Shown here in pieces: positions 17,677-26,987 of a DNA stretch of 36,144 nucleotides. The DNA comes from a virus (lineage: Duplodnaviria > Caudoviricetes), in the IMG/VR virus record IMGVR_UViG_3300032010_000004, positions 1-36,144 of that record; one strand, written 5' to 3'. The notes under the pieces were generated by a model, which was given only the letters and a program-made list of their open reading frames with translations, had not been told where the DNA came from and did not search any database. The number at the start of each line of letters is the position of its first letter. The stretch's first letter is position 1. A program made the position numbers and the translations under genes.

Positions 17677-19122
17677 CTAGCTCACCGCCTGGGTGATCGG
17701 GGTGTTCACGATGAGGATCGTGACCAACTCCGCGAACGGTGACGGGCGCACAGCCACGACCGCGCGGAGTTGGTTGTCCGCGACCGTAGCTGGCGTGTTG
17801 ACGCTTGGGCCGGTATCGACATTGAATGCCTCCTCCGGCGTGCCACCGTAGATCTGACCAGACGACCAGTCTGCCTGGCACAGCGCCGCGAGCGCGGCAC
17901 CGTAGTCAGAGAACACGCTGCCGGCACCATCGATGGGCACGAACATGAACGTCTCGCCGACTGCCTGACAACGGGCACCCAGGCCCATCAGGTAGCGACC
18001 ATTGCTGAAGTCCACCCATGACGGATTGCCGACCGGGTTCGCGAGTGAACGGTAGCCGTAGTTCCTGTAGCCACCGAGCATTCCTCGGATGACGTTGACC
18101 CCGGACCCGTTGAGCGTCTGCCTCGACAGATCCGACCAGGGCACCTGTGACAGCCCGATGGCCGAGTTGAGAACACCGGCCTCACCAGCAGCCGGGTAGT
18201 CCGGGTTGTGCAGCACGTCGTTGCGGGCGATGAGCCCCGCGATGGCGCAGGATGGCGGCACGATCCGCGTTGTGCCGGCAGTCGCACCAGGCACAATGAT
18301 CCACGGAGCGAACGACGCCGCGTACTGCCCATAGCCGCTGGCGGCGGCTGCGGCAGCGCCGGACTGCAGCGTTGCCTGTGTTGCGGTGTCCACCAGATCG
18401 ATCAGCGCGACCCGGTTGTTGGCAGCCGCATGCGATGCCAGCTGCTGTGTCCCAGCCGTTGTCGTCCTGCCCGGAGCGAGCACCTGGCCGGGTCCGAGCG
18501 CAGGGACGAACGTGTTGAGCGCGTTCAGCCACTGAGCATCCGTGACGTTGCCACGGTCGTCGTTGCCGCCGGTGAGCGCGACGGCTGCGACCAGTGCTGG
18601 CGGGTTGGTGCTGCTGCCAAGCGCCACGGTGAGGTACTGGCTGTAGGAGTTGACCCACGCGACAGCGTCGGCCTGTGTGACCAGGTCGTACGATGTCTCG
18701 AGGATGTTGTTGCTGGCATCGGTGACCTGGATTGCATACCCGGTCACCTGCCCCGCGATGATCCCGACCTTGATGTTGTTGCCCCATGCTCCTGGGGAGT
18801 CGGCCGAGAGAACCAGACTGGGCGCTGCACCCGCATCGTTGTACGTATGCGCGGCAGACGTCGCTGCTGGTCCGACGACACGACCGATGTACGCGGCATT
18901 CCCTCCCTCGCGGAAGAAGATGTCCACGGCATCCCACAGGATGCTGTAGGTCACGCGCCCACCGCAGAGCGATGTGAACTGATCCAGGCTCTGCACCAAC
19001 GTCGCGGCGTTGGTTGCTCCCTTGTCACACATGCCGGCGATGAACGCGACGCCTGTGTCGGTCGGAATGGAGCGAGGCGGAACTGACGTCTGAACGGCGA
19101 CGACTACGCCAGGACGCGTCAT
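17677..19122 (-). CDS. Contractile tail sheath protein
   Basis: MTRPGVVV, FF.EGG..AY..RV, SPGAWGN, LTGG.D, VPPS..IAG..AR.D, LN..GVNVIR....G.R(S/T)L motifs. Confidence 0.95.
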   Translation of the reverse strand: MTRPGVVVAVQTSVPPRSIPTDTGVAFIAGMCDKGATNAATLVQSLDQFTSLCGGRVTYSILWDAVDIFFREGGNAAYIGRVVGPAATSAAHTYNDAGAAPSLVLSADSPGAWGNNIKVGIIAGQVTGYAIQVTDASNNILETSYDLVTQADAVAWVNSYSQYLTVALGSSTNPPALVAAVALTGGNDDRGNVTDAQWLNALNTFVPALGPGQVLAPGRTTTAGTQQLASHAAANNRVALIDLVDTATQATLQSGAAAAAASGYGQYAASFAPWIIVPGATAGTTRIVPPSCAIAGLIARNDVLHNPDYPAAGEAGVLNSAIGLSQVPWSDLSRQTLNGSGVNVIRGMLGGYRNYGYRSLANPVGNPSWVDFSNGRYLMGLGARCQAVGETFMFVPIDGAGSVFSDYGAALAALCQADWSSGQIYGGTPEEAFNVDTGPSVNTPATVADNQLRAVVAVRPSPFAELVTILIVNTPITQAVS

Positions 19123-19397
19123 TCCTTAGCTCCTTCCTTCTTCGTTGATGGCTCTGCTTCTGCTTGCTGCACCTCTGTCCCAGAGATGGAATCCTCGTAG
19201 TCCTGCAGGTTCACGATGATCCCCTCGTTGAGCAGAGTCATGTTGTGCTCGTCGGTAGCCTGCTCCGGTGTGAGTTGGAAGATCTCGCCGATGCCCACCA
19301 TGCGGCCGTCTCCAAGACTCACCACGTGCAGGTCGAGATTCCTGTAGTCCTCGGGTTGCCCTGAGGACTTCGTTTCCGCTTTTGGTGTTGGCGGCAT
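19119..19397 (-). CDS. Small acidic virion-associated protein (92 aa) preceding the sheath
   Basis: GGAGG SD with TAATG coupling at 19397; its stop overlaps the sheath ATG (ATGA). Confidence 0.75.
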   Translation of the reverse strand: MPPTPKAETKSSGQPEDYRNLDLHVVSLGDGRMVGIGEIFQLTPEQATDEHNMTLLNEGIIVNLQDYEDSISGTEVQQAEAEPSTKKEGAKE

Positions 19398-20026
19398 TAG
19401 TCCTCCATGATCTCGACTGTTGCGATTACTTCCTCGGCCAACGGCCACTCGCTGCCCGGCTGATCAGGCAGCGGATCGGTGGTCTTCGGTCCACCGAACC
19501 TGTTGACGACCCCAGCGACTTCGATCTCGAACACAACCTGACCGGCGCTAATCGTCTGGTCGTCCGTAAATGAGAAATGTGGATCGTAGCTTTCGTCCAG
19601 CCACCAGCTGCCATCCGCGAATCCACCGAGAGATTGCTGCTGTAGCATGATCGTGCGGCAGATGGCGGTGTAGATGCGACAGATCTTCATCGTGTCCTTG
19701 CGATCCTTCGCGGTACAGAACACGCCCACGCCGACGTTGAAGAATGCCCGGAAGGAACCGTCACCCTCCTGCATCGGTGCGTGGCGATTACTCAGCCCTG
19801 GGCTCACGCACACAATGCTGGGTAGCTGATCGGCTGCTTCCTTGTCCAGCTGGTTGACCTTTAGGTACGCGCGAGGCATCGGGTGTACCGGCACGGTCTG
19901 ATTGTTGGGGATCAGACCGGCCTGTAGCTCGTACTCCACGAGGTAGGTGTAGAACCATTTCTCGAGGGTGTCAAGAACAGCCTGTTCGAGATCATCGGCA
20001 ACAGCTATGGCATCAAAGATGCTCAT
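19397..20026 (-). CDS. Putative tail terminator / tail completion protein
   Basis: Position between neck and sheath genes; LPSIVCVSPG motif; ATGA-coupled start at 20026. Confidence 0.65.
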   Translation of the reverse strand: MSIFDAIAVADDLEQAVLDTLEKWFYTYLVEYELQAGLIPNNQTVPVHPMPRAYLKVNQLDKEAADQLPSIVCVSPGLSNRHAPMQEGDGSFRAFFNVGVGVFCTAKDRKDTMKICRIYTAICRTIMLQQQSLGGFADGSWWLDESYDPHFSFTDDQTISAGQVVFEIEVAGVVNRFGGPKTTDPLPDQPGSEWPLAEEVIATVEIMED

Positions 20027-20475
20027 GGCGTCCTGTTCCATGCCGCAACGAGATACTCACTACAGACCTGAGCCATCTCCCGGCGGTCCCTCATCGTGAA
20101 CTTGATGAATGGACGGTGCGCCTGCTGCGTTGCTGCGTAAGGCAGATCCGACTCGATCTCTACGGAATGCGGCCCAACACGAAGACGCTGGTGATCAGCG
20201 CCGGGGATCGTGAATGCCTCGTACAGACGATGGCGCGCAAACCCGATGCGAGGATCCCAGCCCATGCGCTCTTTGCGCAGAAGCCACTCGGTCGTGAGCG
20301 CTGCCCAGGAGCCACCACCACGACGCCCACCGCTCAGGAAGGTTGCCTTGATGGCTCCCATCATGATCAGCATAACCTCTTCCATCGCTGGCTGCATATC
20401 CGTAGCAGCCTCAGCGAGATGCTCATACCGCGCTATGGCGGCATCGAGGTTATGTGTTCTGATCCAGAGCCGCAT
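20023..20475 (-). CDS. Virion morphogenesis / neck protein (Mu gpG / P2 gpS-like)
   Basis: DMQPAM..V......F...G....WAAL...R...YAA..Q..RPF pattern. Confidence 0.75.
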   Translation of the reverse strand: MRLWIRTHNLDAAIARYEHLAEAATDMQPAMEEVMLIMMGAIKATFLSGGRRGGGSWAALTTEWLLRKERMGWDPRIGFARHRLYEAFTIPGADHQRLRVGPHSVEIESDLPYAATQQAHRPFIKFTMRDRREMAQVCSEYLVAAWNRTP

Positions 20476-21212
20476 TACATCTTCTTGGTCAACCAGTCGG
20501 GATACGGATCGGGGAAGCCTCCGAACGATGCACCAAGACCGGGACCAGCCGCAACCGGACCCATCTCACCGCCGTCAATGACGGTGATCAGCTGCTTGCT
20601 GAGAAGTGGTACCTCTGTCTCGTAATCCTTCTCCAGCTGCGGGTAGATGCTGCGCCCAGTGTTGACCTGCTCACTGTAGTACGCAAGCTCGATCTGCATC
20701 GCTGCCCTCACGGCGATGAGGTTGCCCACGTCGTCATACATGCTGTCGGGGATATTGTCCCCGAGCACCTTCGCCACGTCAAGTGCAGCCTGCCCGATGA
20801 TGGCGGCGCAGTCGGTGGCGGTGGGCACTGTGTCGGTGGTGAACGTTCCCAGCTGATTGCCATGCGAGTCTCTCGTACGCGAGAGGATCTTGAGCGCCAC
20901 GTCGCGCACGGACGGCAACCACGGCTCTTCGGCCTGTGGGATGTTCTGAATGGGGTCGGAGATGACAACGTTGCTGTTGACATCCAGGAAGGTGATCCTG
21001 TACCAACCACCTTCATCGATCGTTGCCGTGTCCGTGGTGAAGCTGCGCGGTGACGGGTCTGACGGATCGAGATCAACTGGGTGAAGGTCTTGAGTGTCAA
21101 TGAGCGTCCACGGACCGGTGTCCGCAGTTGACTCCTCGATGTTGATCTTGATCCAGGGAATGCCGTCAAAGCGTGGAGTCGGCAGGTAATCTGAGAATGT
21201 GACAACGCTCAT
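20475..21212 (-). CDS. Head-tail adaptor with an extra N-terminal beta-sandwich (Ig/FN3-like) domain
   Basis: The C-terminal half (PSVRDVA...FT.DT.PT...II..A...IELAYY.EQ) resembles actinophage adaptors. The N-terminal ~90 aa are beta-rich (IEES....GPW..ID...WYRITF). Confidence 0.65.
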   Translation of the reverse strand: MSVVTFSDYLPTPRFDGIPWIKINIEESTADTGPWTLIDTQDLHPVDLDPSDPSPRSFTTDTATIDEGGWYRITFLDVNSNVVISDPIQNIPQAEEPWLPSVRDVALKILSRTRDSHGNQLGTFTTDTVPTATDCAAIIGQAALDVAKVLGDNIPDSMYDDVGNLIAVRAAMQIELAYYSEQVNTGRSIYPQLEKDYETEVPLLSKQLITVIDGGEMGPVAAGPGLGASFGGFPDPYPDWLTKKM

Positions 21213-23395
21213 TCAACCCTCCCTGTAACGGTCGTCTCAACGTCTCCTGCCAACCCTCTCACAGTGCCTTTCTTCAGGACTATGAAATCACGGCTCTGGA
21301 CATCTCCCCTCGAACCCAGTCGGACTAGACTGCCGTCTAGCCCGCGCGTGATCTTACCTGATTTCAGCGCACCGAGTATGGTCGGCGGATAATGCGCACC
21401 CTGCTCGGAAATCGTTCCGGCATCGCTGTCAAAGACTTGAGACCACAGCGCGGCGAAATCAAGTCCGACAAAGACCTCCGAAACTGTGAATCCAAAGCCG
21501 TTTGTCTCGGTCGCAATCCCACTGTCAAGTACCGTCAGAAGTACCTGAACAATACCGTTGTCAATCCCTGTTGCAGCATCGGCTGCAAAGTACATTGAAG
21601 TCGGGATCTGAGACTGGTCTGCACCGCTGCCGACATCAGCGCTGATGAGCAGAGCCTTGAGGACTGGCACCTCAGCGGTAGACCCGGCATCCGTGGCCGT
21701 GATCAGACCGATGATCGTGCTGGCCGTCTCTGTGCCGGTGCCGGTGTCTGTGTCGGTTTTGAAGTTTTGCGTCTGTAGCGTTCCGGTATCAGCACCAGCG
21801 CCGGCATCCGCAACAGGGATCTGCGCGGTGAGAGTGACGACGTCTGTACCTGTACCCGAGTCTGTCGCATACGTTTGGTCGCCAGCAGACTCGGTGATCC
21901 CCGCATTCGTGTCGCTCGCAGAGATCTGGCTGACGAGAGTTGTGCTCTCTACGAGCGTAGCGGAGTCAGCCGCAGGAATCAGAGCCTTGCCTACGCTGGC
22001 AACTTCAGAAAGACCCAGCCCGGTATCTACGCCACTGACGGTAGCGCCAGCCTGCAGAACTTGAGTGTCAGATCCGATACCGGCATCAGCAGAGGTGAGC
22101 GGATAGACATATGCAGCTGTCTCTGTGGTCGTGCCATTCGTGTCCGCGCTCGAGACCTTGACGACAACGGTGGCGGTATCTGTACCAGTAGCTACATCCG
22201 CAGATGCAGCACCAGGGTAGACCAGTTGCGTTGCCTCGGTGACCGTCCCATTGCCATCAAAGGCCGCAACCGGGATCGTGACTGCTACAGACTCGACCAG
22301 GTTGGGCAGAGGTATTGAGCTCTGCGGGATAGCGTTGTATGTAGAGTAGCGTATGGGTATGGCGTTATAACTTGAGACCGATGCGTTGAGCAGGTTGTAG
22401 CTGCTGACCTTGTCCGGCTCATAGACAACGATCTGAGTGTTGCCGAGAACGTAGCTCGCACTCTCTGTGGTCGCACCATTCCCGTCCGTGTCCCCGGTGT
22501 GTGATGCGAACTGTGCCGATTCTGTTGCTGCAGCATTCGTATCCGTGCCCGGTACCTTGGCAACAACGGACGCTGACTCAGAGATCGCACCCGCATCAGC
22601 TACGGTTGCCAGTACGATCTTGGTGATAGACGCTGACTCGGTAATCGCTCCATCGGTATCAGCACCAGAGATCGGCGTCGGTGTCTGTACTGTAGCAGAC
22701 TCGGTAGTCGTCCCATTGACGTCTGTATCAGAGATCGGCGTCGGAGCATACAGGGTGATAGACGGTGTAAACAGCGCTGTTGCCGGTGTTGTGATTGCAC
22801 CGCCGGTAGTGTTCGGATACTCAGTCGTACTACCGTAACCAACCGACCAGTTGTACGAGGTGGCCATGCCCTGTGTCCCGTGCATCCAGAGCTCGCAGAC
22901 GAGTACGTCACCATCCAGGATTGCAAGCGCAGATGTGTTCTGGAATCCAGAGATGTTCCAGGTTTCACTGGTGCCCACGCCAACAGATCCTCCGGCAGTC
23001 ACCGTGTCTAGTAGCTTGCCGACAATGGCACCCGTGCTCGGACGCCAGATGTACACGACCGGATAGCTAGGGAAGACACCCGACGCATTGCTGTTGGAGA
23101 CGAGGAAGCCTCCGGCAATGCCGGTGAGGCCAGTCCCAGCCGGGATCGTCTGCGCCGCAAGCGGTGGCGAGATGAACCTACGGAACCAGATGTTCTGCGT
23201 AGCGGTCTGTGCGAGCGATGCTCCGGCAACAAGTGTCTGCGCGCCTGTACCCTTGGTGCCGTCCATCGTCCGGTTGGTGCTCGCGCCGGACACCGTGACA
23301 CCCGGTGATGTCGCTGACTGAGAGGTCGCCCCAGGATACGTGCCCGATCCTGAGAAAGTAGCATCGTGCAGATACCACTCGGTCAGCGCGACCAT
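21209..23395 (-). CDS. 728-aa Thr/Ala/Ser/Asp-rich repeat protein; putative fibre/whisker backbone
   Basis: Globular N-domain of about 215 aa, then about 22 degenerate 17-21-aa repeats (x3-D-x5/6-[ED]-x-A), a central Tyr-triplet insert and a basic C-terminal tail. Confidence 0.7.
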   Translation of the reverse strand: MVALTEWYLHDATFSGSGTYPGATSQSATSPGVTVSGASTNRTMDGTKGTGAQTLVAGASLAQTATQNIWFRRFISPPLAAQTIPAGTGLTGIAGGFLVSNSNASGVFPSYPVVYIWRPSTGAIVGKLLDTVTAGGSVGVGTSETWNISGFQNTSALAILDGDVLVCELWMHGTQGMATSYNWSVGYGSTTEYPNTTGGAITTPATALFTPSITLYAPTPISDTDVNGTTTESATVQTPTPISGADTDGAITESASITKIVLATVADAGAISESASVVAKVPGTDTNAAATESAQFASHTGDTDGNGATTESASYVLGNTQIVVYEPDKVSSYNLLNASVSSYNAIPIRYSTYNAIPQSSIPLPNLVESVAVTIPVAAFDGNGTVTEATQLVYPGAASADVATGTDTATVVVKVSSADTNGTTTETAAYVYPLTSADAGIGSDTQVLQAGATVSGVDTGLGLSEVASVGKALIPAADSATLVESTTLVSQISASDTNAGITESAGDQTYATDSGTGTDVVTLTAQIPVADAGAGADTGTLQTQNFKTDTDTGTGTETASTIIGLITATDAGSTAEVPVLKALLISADVGSGADQSQIPTSMYFAADAATGIDNGIVQVLLTVLDSGIATETNGFGFTVSEVFVGLDFAALWSQVFDSDAGTISEQGAHYPPTILGALKSGKITRGLDGSLVRLGSRGDVQSRDFIVLKKGTVRGLAGDVETTVTGRVE

Positions 23396-23692
23396 TTACC
23401 TACTCGCGAGCGGTATGATCTGTAGTGGGCAGCAACCGTTGAAACCAGGAGCCACGGGTGTATCTAGGTGTGACTCCGTGATGATACCATCATCTACCAG
23501 CTGCTGAAGATGATCAGGATCGTCGATCTCCGTGCCGTCCGCCAGGACTGCCCCGACCATGCAGTGCCCCTGGCGGGCGCACGTTCCCAGAACCTCCCAC
23601 CGCAAACCATCGGTGCGCCAGTAGCGGACATAGTCCTTCTTCTGTTGCTCGATGAAGACGTCGGGGTCAGCGGTGGGCTTCAGTTGCGGCAT
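23396..23692 (-). CDS. Small Cys-containing hypothetical protein
   Basis: Fills the gap between coupled genes; CARQGHC...GCC. Confidence 0.7.
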   Translation of the reverse strand: MPQLKPTADPDVFIEQQKKDYVRYWRTDGLRWEVLGTCARQGHCMVGAVLADGTEIDDPDHLQQLVDDGIITESHLDTPVAPGFNGCCPLQIIPLASR

Positions 23693-23694
23693 GG

Positions 23695-23922
23695 CTACCT
23701 GATGGGCGGAGGCATCATCGTCGGGGCCATGAACGTACCGGGCGCAGGCGGTGCGGGCGGAGTGCCTGCCTGCGCAGTGACCATCTGCCTGTTGGCGGTG
23801 ATCGTCACGAAGTCGGTGGCCTCGTCACCACCGAGAGCCTTGAGGATCGCTTCTGCCGCCTCGGTGGCAGACATGCTCGGCTCCTCGTCAATTCCCAGCA
23901 GGACCTGAACTGACACTTGCAT
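23695..23922 (-). CDS. Small hypothetical protein with Pro-rich C-terminus
   Basis: AGGAGGG SD before ATG 23922; codon usage matches the operon. Confidence 0.7.
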   Translation of the reverse strand: MQVSVQVLLGIDEEPSMSATEAAEAILKALGGDEATDFVTITANRQMVTAQAGTPPAPPAPGTFMAPTMMPPPIR

Positions 23923-24121
23923 GTTCCCTCCTGTTGTTGGTAGACTGCTGCATGCGCGTGATCAGGTCGGCCTCGAAGTTGTCTGCGAATGTATGCAGAC
24001 CTGCGATCCCGAACACCGCAATCGGCTGCTCCGGCGTGAGTTCGCTGACGACGTTGCCTTCATCGTCCACTTCCTGCACAACCGGCACAACCATGAACTT
24101 GTACGTGCGAAACTCACTCAC
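23888..24121 (-). CDS. Small hypothetical protein (possible fibre assembly factor)
   Basis: GAGGGAG SD and GTGA coupling to the upstream gene. Confidence 0.7.
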   Translation of the reverse strand: MSEFRTYKFMVVPVVQEVDDEGNVVSELTPEQPIAVFGIAGLHTFADNFEADLITRMQQSTNNRREHASVSSGPAGN

Positions 24122-24393
24122 TTCGCTCCCTCCTCACCGGGGTCATTGATCAAGCGATATCCTCCATCAACTTTCTCGGTGGCACCGTCATCGACGCCAC
24201 CCGTAACCTCGATGAAGAGATGCTCGCGCTCCAACAGCCCTTCGTTGTATAGCTCTGTAAGCACCTCCGCTACATCCTCAGCGTTGATCAAGCCTGCTGC
24301 CACGAAGGCGCTGGCGTTCGGGAAGATGTAGTAGAAGGGTGACTGACCCCTCAGAACTTCCAAGACCATTTTTCTCAGGATGGGATCGCTCAC
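24118..24393 (-). CDS. Small acidic hypothetical protein directly after the long fibre gene
   Basis: GTGA coupling to the fibre stop; this position is typical of fibre chaperones. Confidence 0.7.
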   Translation of the reverse strand: MSDPILRKMVLEVLRGQSPFYYIFPNASAFVAAGLINAEDVAEVLTELYNEGLLEREHLFIEVTGGVDDGATEKVDGGYRLINDPGEEGAK

Positions 24394-26933
24394 GTCTTGA
24401 TGATCTTGTTCGCGGTGACGTAGCTCGGTGAGTCTGTGCCTCCGACCGCTACACCAATCGTACCAGCGATGGCAGGACTCGATGAGTTGTTACCGACTCC
24501 TCCGTTGATCGCAAGTGCACCTTGTGTGACGTCGTAGACAGCGATCCCGGTTCCATTGTTATTGATCATGCCCACCGGGCTCACGCTGTACGAGCCGGAT
24601 GCTGAGGTCGAGTATCCCATGCTGTAACCGCCACCAGCCGTCGAGTACTGCCAGGACTGGACGGAATGTCCGTGTCCTGGGTCGCTGACGTTGTGGTAGT
24701 GGTTCGGTAGCGTAAGGCTGTGCGCATGCGCGTGAGTCGGCAGCGTGAGTCCGTTCGTGTGGCTATGCTTCGGAGTCCTATTCGCCAAAGCAGCACCATC
24801 ATTCAGACCGAGGGCATTCACGCTGGCATGTCCACCAGATGCCATCCCGACGATCACGCGCCCACGCAGGTCGGGGAGGTTGAATGTCGTCGAGCCGTCA
24901 CCTGCTCCATAGGCAGTTCCTAGGATCGCATACAGCGCTGAGTACGTCGTGCGCGAGATCGCGCTCCCGTCACACAGCAGGAACCCTGTTGGCGCTGTTG
25001 CTCCGAACCAGTCAGCGCCGGCACCAGTCGGGACACCGCCGACCTGTGCCCAGGGATTCCAGGTGCTACTGTAGAGGTACCGCGTCCAGACTTCATTGGA
25101 GTAGAGGCCATAGGCTATTTGCTTACCGTAGCCGTTGCTACCCCACATGATGACCTGGTACAACCACTGGCTCGTGGAACTCGGCGGCTGATTCGCGATA
25201 CTGTTTGCATAATACCAACCGCTCGTCTGAGAATTGTTCATGTCAGACGGCTCGTACGCAGCATATTGCTTCAGCTGTGGTGGCAGACTCGCATTTGTGA
25301 TGCCACCGCTAGCCTGAAACTGCCCATCAGTTATCAGCAAGCCAGCGCCACCGCGATACAGATTGGTGTCCTGCGCGCTGCCGCCACCTGCGCTCCAAAC
25401 CATTCGACCATCGGCACCCATGATCCACACATTGGTAGTGTCTGAGGCTCTCTTCATCGCGAAGTAGTAGCCATCGCTGGCCATGTTCTGTACCATGATG
25501 GCCGAGTAGCCACCTGTACGCGACTCGTTGATGAAGACACGCTGTGTCGTCCAAAGTTCGCCGGAAGTTATAAGACAGTTCGGCGCTCTACGGGCAAGGG
25601 TTGTGTCCGGAGCAGTTGATCCTCCGGTTCCCCACTGAATCGTACCGTCATACATCACGGCCCACCGTGGCTGCGAATCTCCCAACACCCGATAGTAGAA
25701 CGGCTGGTAGGCACCACCAGAAGTTGGAACCTCAGCGTGGAAGGCAAACGAGCCGTCACCACTCGCAATGATCCTGGCATTTGTCTGCAAGATCTGGGCC
25801 GCATAACGATACAGAGACGTGTCATAGGTAAAGCCGATACCGCAGAACTGGTGACCGTTGAAGTCGTAACCAACCCCAACAACGGGAGCCGTCCCGTTGT
25901 CATTGAAGATGCCATAAGTGAGCGCACGAAGAACTCCAGCTTCAAACGTACCATCTGTTTGGAGAGAACCCGCCGCCGCGCGATACAATTTTGTGTCCTG
26001 CGCTGCGTTACCCGGTCCCCACTGCGTGTAACCGTTCACATCAACCCCGAAGCGGGCATAAGATTCGCCAGACACTTGCGAAGTAACCACGGCCCCGGTG
26101 ACGCTCGCGGGTGCATACACAAACCCTGTCCCACCGCGAGAGGCAAAGCCGCCGTCGGTCGCCAGGTAGTTTGCAGCGATGCGATAGAGGTTGGTATCCG
26201 AAGCTACAGCACCAGTACCCCAGTTCATGTCGCCGTTGATCCCCATGTGGAACTTAGGTTGTGAAGCTGCAGCTACGTCATAGATGTAGAATGGCCAAAC
26301 GGTATTGTCAGCAGTGATTCCTAACGCTGTCGGTTGACCACCCTTGCCAACCTGCAGCGTCTTGGTAGCAACTCGACCGAAAAATGTGTCCCAGGTGTTA
26401 CCAGCCCCACCTTGAGCAGCATCGGAGAACTCAATACCATTCGACCCAAACCTGAAGTAGTCGTGGTTATTGGCGATGGCGTAGATACGCAAATACCCGG
26501 GAGCAGCGTCAGCATCCTGTGAGTAGAGTCCCCAGCCCTTTGTCTTCGCCGGGTTGTTGAAGAACTCTATCCCTGCGCCACCGTTCTGAGTCGAGTCCCA
26601 GCGCAGAGAAAGGTAGGGCCAGGCACCCTCATCGGTGAGCAGAATGTCGGAGGCAGTACCGTCGTAAGCGTAGACACGCACATCGGCGTCCATCCGCAGC
26701 GTATTGCCGGACGGATCCCTGTATATGGGGATGTCAGCCCAACCAAACTTCTGTGTGTTGCTGAGAATGAGATCGCCGGAAGCGTTGAGCCGCACGTAAC
26801 CGTTCGGTACGTTCGGCAGTGGGATGGAGCTATCGACCTTGGTCGCCAGAGCCTGCATGTCCGTGGCGACATTGGGAGCATCCGTCCCGACGGGATACGG
26901 GATCGCGTAGTTAGGAGTCGATCCTGGCACCAT
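24390..26933 (-). CDS. Long fibre protein (847 aa) with repeated shaft units, a knob-like domain and a phage tail-collar domain
   Basis: AGGAGG SD. Repeats of WG.G....DT.LYR.AA..L.TDG.F; DMNN..SGWYY knob-like segment; collar motif APTGFLLCDGSAISRTTYSALYAILGT.YG.GDGSTTFNLPDLRGR; HxH motifs (HSH, HAH, HYH, HGH). Confidence 0.88.
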   Translation of the reverse strand: MVPGSTPNYAIPYPVGTDAPNVATDMQALATKVDSSIPLPNVPNGYVRLNASGDLILSNTQKFGWADIPIYRDPSGNTLRMDADVRVYAYDGTASDILLTDEGAWPYLSLRWDSTQNGGAGIEFFNNPAKTKGWGLYSQDADAAPGYLRIYAIANNHDYFRFGSNGIEFSDAAQGGAGNTWDTFFGRVATKTLQVGKGGQPTALGITADNTVWPFYIYDVAAASQPKFHMGINGDMNWGTGAVASDTNLYRIAANYLATDGGFASRGGTGFVYAPASVTGAVVTSQVSGESYARFGVDVNGYTQWGPGNAAQDTKLYRAAAGSLQTDGTFEAGVLRALTYGIFNDNGTAPVVGVGYDFNGHQFCGIGFTYDTSLYRYAAQILQTNARIIASGDGSFAFHAEVPTSGGAYQPFYYRVLGDSQPRWAVMYDGTIQWGTGGSTAPDTTLARRAPNCLITSGELWTTQRVFINESRTGGYSAIMVQNMASDGYYFAMKRASDTTNVWIMGADGRMVWSAGGGSAQDTNLYRGGAGLLITDGQFQASGGITNASLPPQLKQYAAYEPSDMNNSQTSGWYYANSIANQPPSSTSQWLYQVIMWGSNGYGKQIAYGLYSNEVWTRYLYSSTWNPWAQVGGVPTGAGADWFGATAPTGFLLCDGSAISRTTYSALYAILGTAYGAGDGSTTFNLPDLRGRVIVGMASGGHASVNALGLNDGAALANRTPKHSHTNGLTLPTHAHAHSLTLPNHYHNVSDPGHGHSVQSWQYSTAGGGYSMGYSTSASGSYSVSPVGMINNNGTGIAVYDVTQGALAINGGVGNNSSSPAIAGTIGVAVGGTDSPSYVTANKIIKT

Positions 26934-26946
26934 TCCTCCTAGAAGC

Positions 26947-26986
26947 GTTGCGAGGGACCCCTTGCGGCGAAGGGATCCCCCACAAC
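26947..26986 (-). terminator. 17-bp RNA hairpin (terminator/attenuator or mRNA-stabilising stem) after the capsid gene group
   Basis: Minus strand GTTGTGGGGGATCCCTT-CGCCGC-AAGGGGTCCCTCGCAAC. All 17 positions pair, including 3 G-U pairs that form only on the minus strand. No U-tract. Confidence 0.75.
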
Positions 26987-26987
26987 C

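Noticed and set aside
8608-19122. Bacterial contractile injection system (eCIS/tailocin) instead of a phage tail
   Set aside because: The tail genes are in the same operon as terminase, portal, capsid and neck genes, so this is a complete phage morphogenesis module.
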